Below are positions 51,075-58,870 of a DNA stretch of 64,000 nucleotides, piece by piece. The DNA comes from an uncultured Phycisphaerales bacterium. Its GTDB lineage: Bacteria; Planctomycetota; Phycisphaerae; Phycisphaerales; SM1A02. Position 1 is the stretch's first letter. Every line of letters begins with the position of its first letter. The notes beneath the pieces were generated by a model. That model did not search any database. It saw only the letters and a program-made list of their open reading frames with translations, and had not been told where the DNA came from. Location of the stretch: NCBI GenBank assembly GCA_938084645.1, contig CALKEP010000008.1, forward strand, positions 96,001-160,000, read 5' to 3'. The position numbers and the translations under genes are program-made.

Positions 51075-51284
51075 CTAGTCGTCGGCCGGATCCACCTTGA
51101 CGGCGGTGCCCGTTTCGACGTCATATCGATACAACGCCTCCGGTTCCTCGTCCCGGCATCGCTTGTGCCCGCCGTCGCAGAAGGGGAACTTCTCGGTCAG
51201 TCCGCAGCCGCAGACGAAGACCGGCTTCTCCTGCGGTTCGATCTTGATGGGGCCGGTTCCTTCGATTCGGACGAGGCGAGCCAT
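51075..51284 (-). CDS. CDGSH iron-sulfur domain protein
   Basis: GPIKI...VCGCGLTEKFPFCDGGH. Confidence 0.85.
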   Translation of the reverse strand: MARLVRIEGTGPIKIEPQEKPVFVCGCGLTEKFPFCDGGHKRCRDEEPEALYRYDVETGTAVKVDPADD

Positions 51285-51334
51285 GGGAGTCCTTTCACCG
51301 GAGTGGTGGGAATTGCAAAGGTGATTCGTCAGAC

Positions 51335-52516
51335 CTAGGGGAGGTCGATCTTGGTGCCGGCGGGCGGGACGCTCGGCGGCAGCATCGTGGTGGCCTTGTA
51401 CTCCCGCTCGGGGCGGGAGATCGTGGTGACCGCGGTCAGCTCGTCGTCGCGACGGATCCGCTGCAGGACCTCCATGCCGTCGATCACCCGGCCGAAGACC
51501 GTGTACTCCTTGTTCAGCGACTCGGTCGGCTCGAGCACCACGTAGAACTGGGAGCTCGACGTGTTCGGGATGGACGAGCCCGGAACGTTCGGGTTGGGCG
51601 CCTTCGCCATCGCCAGAGCGCCCGCGAAGTGGAGACGCTTGTCGTCGCGGCCGGCTTCGTCCGGAATCTGCGCTCCTCGCCCGCCGGTCCCGGGTTCCCC
51701 CGGCGTCCCGGGACGCGAGTTCGGGTCGCCGCCCTGGACCACGAAGTTCGGTTCCACCCGATGGAACCGGGTGCCGTTGTAGAAGCCCTGTTCGGAGAGT
51801 TCGATGAAGTTGGCGACGGTGTTCGGGGCCTGCTCCTCGAACAACATGACGGTGACCGGGCCGCGGCTGGTGATCAACTGCATCACCGGTGCCGTCCCCG
51901 CGGCCTCCTCCGCGGCTCGAGCCGCGGTCTCCTCCTCCCAGAGCGCGAGCCAGCGCTGACTCATGCTCCGGTAGCGGTTGGCATTCGCTCGGACGCCCGG
52001 CTTTTCGAGACCCGACTCCGGAATCGCGTCGATCGCGTCGATGGCGGCCTGGAACTCGTTCCGCGACATTCTCGACCGCGCGTCGATGATCGCGATCCCG
52101 GGGGTCTCGGCGAGATCGTAGGAGCGGCTTCGAGCCATCGCGCCCGCCTCGTCGTAGCGGTTCTCCGCGAGCCGCATCTTCGCCCAGGCCAGCCAGACGG
52201 CGTCGGAGTCGGTGAGCTGGGCGAGCAGTTCATAGTCCCGTTCGACCCGGTCGGTGCGTCCGAGCCAGGTCGACACGCTGATGTCCATCGCGAGGGCCCG
52301 TCGATCGTCGGGGTTCTCGTCGATGAAGACGTCCAGTCGCTCGAGGAGACCTTCGAGGGCGGTCCGCTCGGCCGGGCCGATCCGACGCTTCGAGGACATG
52401 TACTTCCGGAGCTGGGTGTAGTCGGACTTCAGGCCGTCCCAGTCCTCCACCCCGGCGGCGAAGGCCGGAAGGGCGGTGGCGAGCACGAGGGCGAGAACGA
52501 TGAATCGAATCTGCAT
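51335..52516 (-). CDS. Exported cyclophilin-type peptidyl-prolyl isomerase with a helical N-terminal domain
   Basis: Signal peptide; APNTVANF, FYNGTRFHRV, FVVQGGDP, GALAMA, SSQFY, YTVFGRVIDG. Confidence 0.9.
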   Translation of the reverse strand: MQIRFIVLALVLATALPAFAAGVEDWDGLKSDYTQLRKYMSSKRRIGPAERTALEGLLERLDVFIDENPDDRRALAMDISVSTWLGRTDRVERDYELLAQLTDSDAVWLAWAKMRLAENRYDEAGAMARSRSYDLAETPGIAIIDARSRMSRNEFQAAIDAIDAIPESGLEKPGVRANANRYRSMSQRWLALWEEETAARAAEEAAGTAPVMQLITSRGPVTVMLFEEQAPNTVANFIELSEQGFYNGTRFHRVEPNFVVQGGDPNSRPGTPGEPGTGGRGAQIPDEAGRDDKRLHFAGALAMAKAPNPNVPGSSIPNTSSSQFYVVLEPTESLNKEYTVFGRVIDGMEVLQRIRRDDELTAVTTISRPEREYKATTMLPPSVPPAGTKIDLP

Positions 52517-52544
52517 GCGAGGTTCCCAGGGCGGAGGTGCGGAG

Positions 52545-53339
52545 TCAGGCCAGCACTGTACAGGCGGTGCGCGGGGTCTCCCAGACCTTCACGCCGTGGA
52601 GTCGGCAATCGCCGGGAATGGCGGCGACGGGATCGCGAAGCAGATCCACGCAACGGGCCGCGATGTTCTCGACGCTCGGCACCCGGTCGTTGAAGTCGTC
52701 CAGGTCGAGGTTGAGATGCTTGTGATCGAAGCGGTCGATGACGACATCGTCCACCACCTGATCCAGGGCGAGGATCGAGACCGGGGCGTCGCCGTTCGTC
52801 CTGACCTGCACCTCGACCTCGTAGTTGTGGCCGTGGCCGTTGGGATTGCTGCACTTCCCGAACATCGCGGCGTTCGCCTCGTCGTCCAACTCGGCGAGGT
52901 GGAGTCGGTGCGAGGCGGAGAACTCGTAACGGCGTTGGATGAGAATCACGGACATGTCTCCTGAATCTACCCGCCAGCGGGTGTCGCGTTCCATGCCGAC
53001 CTCGATCGCATCGAAAGTCGGACCACCGTCGCCACTCGCGGTCTCGAGGATGATTCGGGCGACCTCGACCGGGCTGAGGTCGCGGTGACGATGGGCTTCG
53101 AGCAGAACCGGCAGGGCGCGGGTGCGAACGGCGTGATCGAGCTTGTCGATCCCCACCAGATAGCCGGTACGGGGGTCCGGGTTCCCCCTGACCTCCACCG
53201 TCGCCTCCCAGGAAGCACCCGCCACGAGGTTCATCGACGGCCAGCCGGCGTGCGTGTTTCCACGAGGCGACGCGAGCGCGTCGCCCGGTGGAATGTCGCG
53301 GGTGAGCGAGAAGCGGATGGTTCGAGTGAGCGTGAGCAC
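52545..53339 (-). CDS. Tandem-domain 6-pyruvoyl-/6-carboxy-tetrahydropterin synthase (COG0720)
   Basis: C-domain FSASHRLH...KCSNPNGHGHNY, FDHKHLN, SVENIA, VWET; degenerate N-domain (V.VRG.PDP.TG). Confidence 0.88.
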   Translation of the reverse strand: MLTLTRTIRFSLTRDIPPGDALASPRGNTHAGWPSMNLVAGASWEATVEVRGNPDPRTGYLVGIDKLDHAVRTRALPVLLEAHRHRDLSPVEVARIILETASGDGGPTFDAIEVGMERDTRWRVDSGDMSVILIQRRYEFSASHRLHLAELDDEANAAMFGKCSNPNGHGHNYEVEVQVRTNGDAPVSILALDQVVDDVVIDRFDHKHLNLDLDDFNDRVPSVENIAARCVDLLRDPVAAIPGDCRLHGVKVWETPRTACTVLA

Positions 53340-53611
53340 GGTTGAGATCGACTCCGGCGTCGGGATGCATGTCTCGGCGGCCCCGGGTGGCGTGCGCCAG
53401 CGTCGGCCTTGGTCCGAAACGGCCCGGGATGCGAACGGGTGTCAAGATGGGTAGTTTGGGACCTGCCCCTGACCGCCTCTGGAGGGTCGTCAGGGGGGAA
53501 AATTCCGGTTTACGAGGGGCGATACGTTGCCAATGAACCGATGCATGCTAGCATTCCGTTGTCGCTCATCCGACCGATTCGGATTCGACCGCGACTCAAT
53601 TTCGCCCCCGG

Positions 53612-53653
53612 AAGGGCTCGGTTCGAGGCTTGCCTCAGCCGGGCCTTTTTTTT
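53612..53653 (+). terminator. Strong intrinsic terminator
   Basis: GGGCTCGGTT-C-GAGG-CTTG-CCTC-AGCCGGGCC followed by T8. Confidence 0.75.
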
Positions 53654-53783
53654 CGCCTCGCTCCGGTCCCGTGGGCCGGGCGGTACCGGAATGAATGAGA
53701 TCGTGTCTGGACCGTTTTGCGAGCCCGGGTCCGGATCGGACGATCCGACTCGAGGTTCACACCATTCGAACGCTGGAATCCGC

Positions 53784-54725
53784 ATGATCAAACTGATCGA
53801 CGTGATCAACCTGGTCCACCGTGATCCTCGAGTCCCACGTCGTCGTCGGCGATCGAACCGCTTCGTCGTGCTCGCCGTGCTGCCCACGATCCTCGGGTGC
53901 GGTCATCAGGATCGGGACCCTTCGAGGGCCTCGGACGTCTCGGGAGCATTGGAATCGACGTCGGGCCACGCCGATCGATCGAGCCCCGAAGTCGCGGCGA
54001 ACCCAGCCGCGGAGACCGCGCATCGACCCGAGGAACTGGCGATTCCCACGTCCGAAGGGGCGGGCGTCCGGGAGTCGACGCTCGGCGAACCGCCGGCTTC
54101 GCCCCGGATCATCGAGCTGGAGGGCGGTGTACGGGCCTGGATCGAGGCGGGCCGCGTGGAGTTCCCCGGAGAGATCACCCTCGAGACCGGCTGGCTCGAA
54201 GTCGCGGTGTGTCGGCGATCGACCCGGGAGCACGAGTCGATCGTGGTCGCCGACGTGGTGCCTTCCGTGGTGCACGCCGCACTGCTTCTCGCCGGCTTCG
54301 AGCCGGGCGCGCCCGCGGGGTGGGACGAAGCCACGAATTCGCCGATTCCACCGCGGGGTCCCCTGGTGACGATCGAACTCCGGTTCGGTCCGTCGGGACC
54401 GGACGGCCCCGACGCCCGGGAGGTTCCACTCGAGTCGATGATCGAGGACGCCCGGGAGCGCGGCCTCCCGACCTGGGTCTTCGCGGGTTCGCTGGTTCGA
54501 CCGAATCCGCCGTCGATGGGGGAGGGCGAGTATTTCCTCGCGGATTACGCGGGGACCTTCATCGGGCTCACCACCTTCGGCGACGAGGTCATCGCGGCCC
54601 AGGAGGTGCGTTCGCCGGAGACCGGGGTCGATCCCCCGGTCTGGAGAATTCGCGAGGGGGCGGTACCGCCCGTGGGGACCGCGGTCACCGTGGTGGTTCG
54701 ACGTCCCGCCCCTCCGTCGAAATGA
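53784..54725 (+). CDS. Putative lipoprotein, YdjY-like domain (start uncertain)
   Basis: Lipobox-like ILGC; LEVAVC...TREHES, PS.VHAALLL.G..PG.P, WVFAGS, P..GT.VT. Confidence 0.7.
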   Translation: MIKLIDVINLVHRDPRVPRRRRRSNRFVVLAVLPTILGCGHQDRDPSRASDVSGALESTSGHADRSSPEVAANPAAETAHRPEELAIPTSEGAGVRESTLGEPPASPRIIELEGGVRAWIEAGRVEFPGEITLETGWLEVAVCRRSTREHESIVVADVVPSVVHAALLLAGFEPGAPAGWDEATNSPIPPRGPLVTIELRFGPSGPDGPDAREVPLESMIEDARERGLPTWVFAGSLVRPNPPSMGEGEYFLADYAGTFIGLTTFGDEVIAAQEVRSPETGVDPPVWRIREGAVPPVGTAVTVVVRRPAPPSK

Positions 54726-55203
54726 CGGCGGTGTCGAGTCGCTGGGCGGCGCACAACGCGATGGCGAGGGCGTCGGCCACGTCCGGTGGTTCCGGAGCGG
54801 TGGTCAGCCCGCACCGGGTGACGATGGCCGACTGCATCCGTGCCTTGTCGGCGCTGCCGTCGCCGGTCAGCGCCTTCTTGACCTGGGCTGGCGGATGTTC
54901 CACCACTTCGACCCCGTGCTGGGCGGCGGCCAGCAGGATGACGCCGCGGGCATGGCCCATGCGGACGCCGGTCGCGGCGCGTTCCGGATGGGAGAACACC
55001 GATTCGACCGAGATGAGCCCGGGCTGGAGTTCGGTGATCACGTCGGTGAGATCGGTGTGAAGTTGATGAAGCCGGTGGGGGAGGCTTCCGTCCGCCGGAA
55101 TCCGGATGACGCCCGCCTCGATCACCGTGACGCCGGGGCCTTCGGCGAGCACGAGCCCGTAGCCGGTGATTCGAAGTCCGGGATCGATGCCGAGTATTCG
55201 CAC
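54685..55203 (-). CDS. ruvC: Holliday junction resolvase RuvC
   Basis: ILGIDPGLRITGYG, VESVF, GHARGV, VKKALTG.G.ADK, DVADALAIA. Confidence 0.96.
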   Translation of the reverse strand: MRILGIDPGLRITGYGLVLAEGPGVTVIEAGVIRIPADGSLPHRLHQLHTDLTDVITELQPGLISVESVFSHPERAATGVRMGHARGVILLAAAQHGVEVVEHPPAQVKKALTGDGSADKARMQSAIVTRCGLTTAPEPPDVADALAIALCAAQRLDTAVISTEGRDVEPPR

Positions 55204-55293
55204 GGTCGCTCCGTATCTCGAGGGTCTCGGTCGCCGATGACGTCTCGTTGGAATCGGCTCGTCGGGACGCCGGGCTGAACCGTTCGTCGACGC

Positions 55294-56064
55294 TCAGCGG
55301 CCGGCGTCGCCGCGTGCGGTGGTGCGGTCGGTCGCGACGAGCCCGTCTTCGAGGGTCACGACACGCTGGCAGTGATCGGCGATCTTCGGATCGTGGGTGA
55401 CCATGATCATGGTCATGCCCTCGGCATGAAGCTGCTGGAAGATGTCGAGGATCGCGTCACCGGTCGCGGTGTCGAGGTTCCCGGTGGGTTCGTCGGCCAT
55501 GATGATCGCGGGATCCGTCACCAGCGAACGGGCGATGGCGACCCGCTGCTGCTGGCCGCCCGAGAGCTCGCTCGGCCGGTGGCCGAGTCGATCCTCGAGT
55601 CCGACCAGGCTGAGTCGTTCGATGGCGCGGGCGCGTCGTTCCGACCGCGAGACGCCCTGGTAGAAGAGCGGGACCTCCACGTTCTCGACGATCGTGAGTT
55701 CGCTCACGAGGTTGAACGCCTGGAACACGAATCCGATGCGGCGGCCCCGCACCCGGCTGAGTGAGTTGTCGTCGAGGCCGGAGACGTCGATGCCGTCGAG
55801 CAGGTATCGCCCGGAGGAGGGGCGGTCGAGGCAGCCGAGCAGGTTCATCAGCGTGCTCTTGCCGCTGCCGCTCGCCCCCATGATCGCGCAGTACTCGCCG
55901 GAGGGGATCACCAGATCGATGCCTCGAAGGGCTTCGACGAGGATCGTCCCGTCGGGCTTGTAGTAGTGCTTGGTCAGGCCTTCGAGAATCGCGGTGGGCG
56001 GTGGCGTCGAATCGACGGCCGTCGAAGGGCTGTGGGTTGCGGAGGTGGTGCTGGTCTTCGTCAC
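55294..56064 (-). CDS. ABC transporter ATP-binding protein (LolD/MacB-like)
   Basis: [52 protein letters not shown]. Confidence 0.93.
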   Translation of the reverse strand: MTKTSTTSATHSPSTAVDSTPPPTAILEGLTKHYYKPDGTILVEALRGIDLVIPSGEYCAIMGASGSGKSTLMNLLGCLDRPSSGRYLLDGIDVSGLDDNSLSRVRGRRIGFVFQAFNLVSELTIVENVEVPLFYQGVSRSERRARAIERLSLVGLEDRLGHRPSELSGGQQQRVAIARSLVTDPAIIMADEPTGNLDTATGDAILDIFQQLHAEGMTMIMVTHDPKIADHCQRVVTLEDGLVATDRTTARGDAGR

Positions 56065-56163
56065 GCCTCGATGGTAGCACGCCCGAGGGGAGCCTCGGAG
56101 CGGACCACGACGACGGGGCGGTAGACTTGGCACTCGGATTACAACGTCCCGGAGTCCGTCATC

Positions 56164-57729
56164 GTGTCCGAGTCCGATCCAGCCGCGAAACACCATGCCT
56201 CCGCGACCTCCGGATCGATCCAGGTCACGCGAAGGATCTTCGCGGATCAGCTCACGCCCGTTCTGGCATATCGACGACTGGTCGCCCCGGATGACCGGGC
56301 CGCACCCAGTTTCCTCTTCGAGTCGGTCGAACAGGGGGGCGGCGTCGGACGGTACTCGCTGGTCGGCGTCCGCCCGAGTCTCGAAGTGATCGCTCGTGCG
56401 TCGACGCTCGAGATCGTCCGGCACGGTGCGAGCGGGTCGGTGGTGGAGGATCGGTCCGGTGTCGATCCCTTCGACCTGCTTCGGACGCTTTCGGCCGACG
56501 CGGCCCCGGTCCGACCGATCGGCGCAACACCGCCCGAGGATGCGTTTCGGTCGGGATTCGTCGGTTTCGCAGGCTACGACACCGCCCGATGGGCGGAGCC
56601 GGGCAAACTGGACTTCGCGTCCGCCCCGGTCGACGATCGTGGTCTCCCCGATCTCCACATGGGCCTGTACGGACGCGTGCTGGTCTTCGACCATGTCGCG
56701 AAGACCGTGTTCGTGATCGCGACCGAATCGATCCGTGATCACGGCGATGCGGAGGCCGCGACGACCGCGGCGGAGGAAGCGGCCGATGCGCTGGTCGAAT
56801 CGATGCTCGACGACGCGGTTCGACTGGAGCCGGGTCGCATCGACCTCGATCTCGACCGATCACCGGAGCCGCCGACCGAATCGAGCATGTCGCGCCCCGA
56901 TTTCGAGGCCGCGGTGGAACGGGCCCGGGAGTACATCCGGGCCGGAGACGCCTTCCAGGTCGTCCTCAGCCAGCGGTTCGAGCGAACCACGCGGGCGGAC
57001 CCGTTCGATCTCTACCGCGCACTCCGAATCGTCAATCCCTCCCCGTATCAGATCTATCTCCAGGCTCGGGGTTGCATGCTGGTCGCCGCCAGTCCCGAGA
57101 TCCTCTGTCGCGTCCGCGATGGACACGTCGTGAACCGTCCGCTCGCGGGGACCCGTCGACGAGGGCGCGACGAGGCGGAGGATCGGGCCCTGGAGGCCGA
57201 ACTGCTGGCCGACGGCAAGGAGCGGGCCGAGCACGTGATGCTGGTCGATCTCGGTCGCAACGATCTGGGCAAGGTCTGCGTGGCTGGATCGATCGAGCTC
57301 GATCAGGTGATGGAGGTCGAACGCTACAGCCACGTGATGCACATCGGCTCGGTGGTCTCGGGCCGGCTTCGCCCCGGCATCGATGCGCTGGACGCCCTCC
57401 GCGCCACGCTTCCCGTGGGCACGGTGAGTGGCGCGCCCAAGGTCCGGGCGATGCAGATCATCGACGAACTCGAACCGGTTCGGCGTGGTCCCTATGCGGG
57501 CGGCATCGGTGCCCTCGACCTCGATGGAAACCTCGACATCGCGATCGCCCTTCGGACCATGGTCGTTCCGTTCGCGTCCGACGGCGATTCCTGGGCGGTC
57601 CATCTTCAAGCCGGGGCGGGTGTGGTGCTCGACTCCTCGCCGGCCGCGGAGTGGGAGGAGACGGTGGCGAAGGCCGCCGCCCTCGGGCGCGCGATCGATC
57701 TCGCCGAGGATGCCTTTCGCGATCGTTGA
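56164..57729 (+). CDS. trpE: Anthranilate synthase component I
   Basis: D.LTP, FLFESVE, GRYS, GDAFQVVLSQR, NPSPY, ASPE, PLAGTR.RG, KERAEH.MLVDLGRND, SGAPKVRAM. Confidence 0.92.
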   Translation: MSESDPAAKHHASATSGSIQVTRRIFADQLTPVLAYRRLVAPDDRAAPSFLFESVEQGGGVGRYSLVGVRPSLEVIARASTLEIVRHGASGSVVEDRSGVDPFDLLRTLSADAAPVRPIGATPPEDAFRSGFVGFAGYDTARWAEPGKLDFASAPVDDRGLPDLHMGLYGRVLVFDHVAKTVFVIATESIRDHGDAEAATTAAEEAADALVESMLDDAVRLEPGRIDLDLDRSPEPPTESSMSRPDFEAAVERAREYIRAGDAFQVVLSQRFERTTRADPFDLYRALRIVNPSPYQIYLQARGCMLVAASPEILCRVRDGHVVNRPLAGTRRRGRDEAEDRALEAELLADGKERAEHVMLVDLGRNDLGKVCVAGSIELDQVMEVERYSHVMHIGSVVSGRLRPGIDALDALRATLPVGTVSGAPKVRAMQIIDELEPVRRGPYAGGIGALDLDGNLDIAIALRTMVVPFASDGDSWAVHLQAGAGVVLDSSPAAEWEETVAKAAALGRAIDLAEDAFRDR

Positions 57730-57730
57730 T

Positions 57731-58639
57731 TCACGGCTGCTCGAGGTCCTCCCGGATCGGGGGGCGTTCGGTCTCGAGCGGCAGGGGGTCGGAACCGTGA
57801 TCTCGACGGAAGCGATCCGCAAGCGGCGTCGGTTCCCGGCCGACTCGTTCCGCATGTGCCTCGATCAGATCGGTGATCAGCACCTCCTCCACCCGTCCGA
57901 TCCCGTCACGGGCGGCGAAGACCGCGAGGAGCGACGTGATGATGCCGATCACCAGACCGAGCACCGTGACGATGGCGACGAGGTCGGGGCCCGGTCGCGC
58001 GACCCGCACCACGATCACCACGGTCGTCGCGAGTCCCGCAAGACAACCGGCCACGAGGCCGAGCTTCGCGAGCAGGATGGGAAGCGAGAAGTCCCATTCC
58101 GTGAAGATCCTCGAAAGCATCAGATTCGTGATCACCACCGAAAGCGTCGCCATGAGGGCGTAGGCGGCGGAGAGCGGAAGATGAGCTTCCGGGGGAAGCG
58201 GGAGGAAGATCGACGCGAGATAGGCCAGCGCGACGACGACTTCGATCAGGGCGAGATGATGGAGGCGTTCTCCGAAGCTCGTGGGCTGGATCGCACGGAG
58301 CGGGCTCATTCGCCATCTGGACCGCAGGGCCACGAGTCGGGTGATCGGTCCGAAGACCGACACGACGCCGAGGGCCGCACCGGCACAGCCCGCCAGAAGC
58401 AGCCCGGACATCGGAACGAAGGCGAAGTACTGGCTCACCGCGATGACGTGGAGCCCGGAGTCGCGGTGGTCCGGGCGGTCTTGGTCGATGGCGGCCGTGG
58501 CGGGGGGGGCGGGGACGACGGCACCGCACTCGGGGCATCGTCCACCGACCGCGATCCCGCGGAGGTCGTAGTTGCAGGACTCGCACCGAGCCCGACCTTC
58601 CCCGATCGCGGGAGTTCTGTTCAATCGCGGCGTGGCCAT
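57731..58639 (-). CDS. Zinc-ribbon membrane protein
   Basis: CESCNYDLRG....GRCPECG followed by about 5-6 hydrophobic helices. Confidence 0.75.
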   Translation of the reverse strand: MATPRLNRTPAIGEGRARCESCNYDLRGIAVGGRCPECGAVVPAPPATAAIDQDRPDHRDSGLHVIAVSQYFAFVPMSGLLLAGCAGAALGVVSVFGPITRLVALRSRWRMSPLRAIQPTSFGERLHHLALIEVVVALAYLASIFLPLPPEAHLPLSAAYALMATLSVVITNLMLSRIFTEWDFSLPILLAKLGLVAGCLAGLATTVVIVVRVARPGPDLVAIVTVLGLVIGIITSLLAVFAARDGIGRVEEVLITDLIEAHAERVGREPTPLADRFRRDHGSDPLPLETERPPIREDLEQP

Positions 58640-58870
58640 CTGGTGAGATGCTCCTGGTCGTGAATCCGGTCCGGCGTCTGATAAGAATCCGAACTCGCGG
58701 AGCCATGCGAACTTTCCGGCTTCGGTAGGGTATGAAAAAGGGCTCTCGCGGTCAGATGGTCAACCGGTGTGGATTCCGGCTCGATGAAGACCGGCGAGTG
58801 TCGCGAGCACCACCCGGCGCGCCGTGCACCCGACGACGTGGATTCAGACCAGTTTTCGAGGATTTCAAGC

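Noticed and set aside
53340..53660. preQ1 riboswitch upstream of the PTPS/QueD gene
   Set aside because: No preQ1 stem-loop plus A-rich tail on the minus strand near the start codon
54685..54725. 41-nt convergent overlap between ruvC and the lipoprotein gene
   Set aside because: It involves only non-conserved C-terminal tails, which is common in GC-rich genomes
56128..56142. TGGCACTCGGATTAC as a sigma54 site before trpE
   Set aside because: It has AC instead of the conserved GC at -12, and the adjacent TAGACT box explains the promoter more simply
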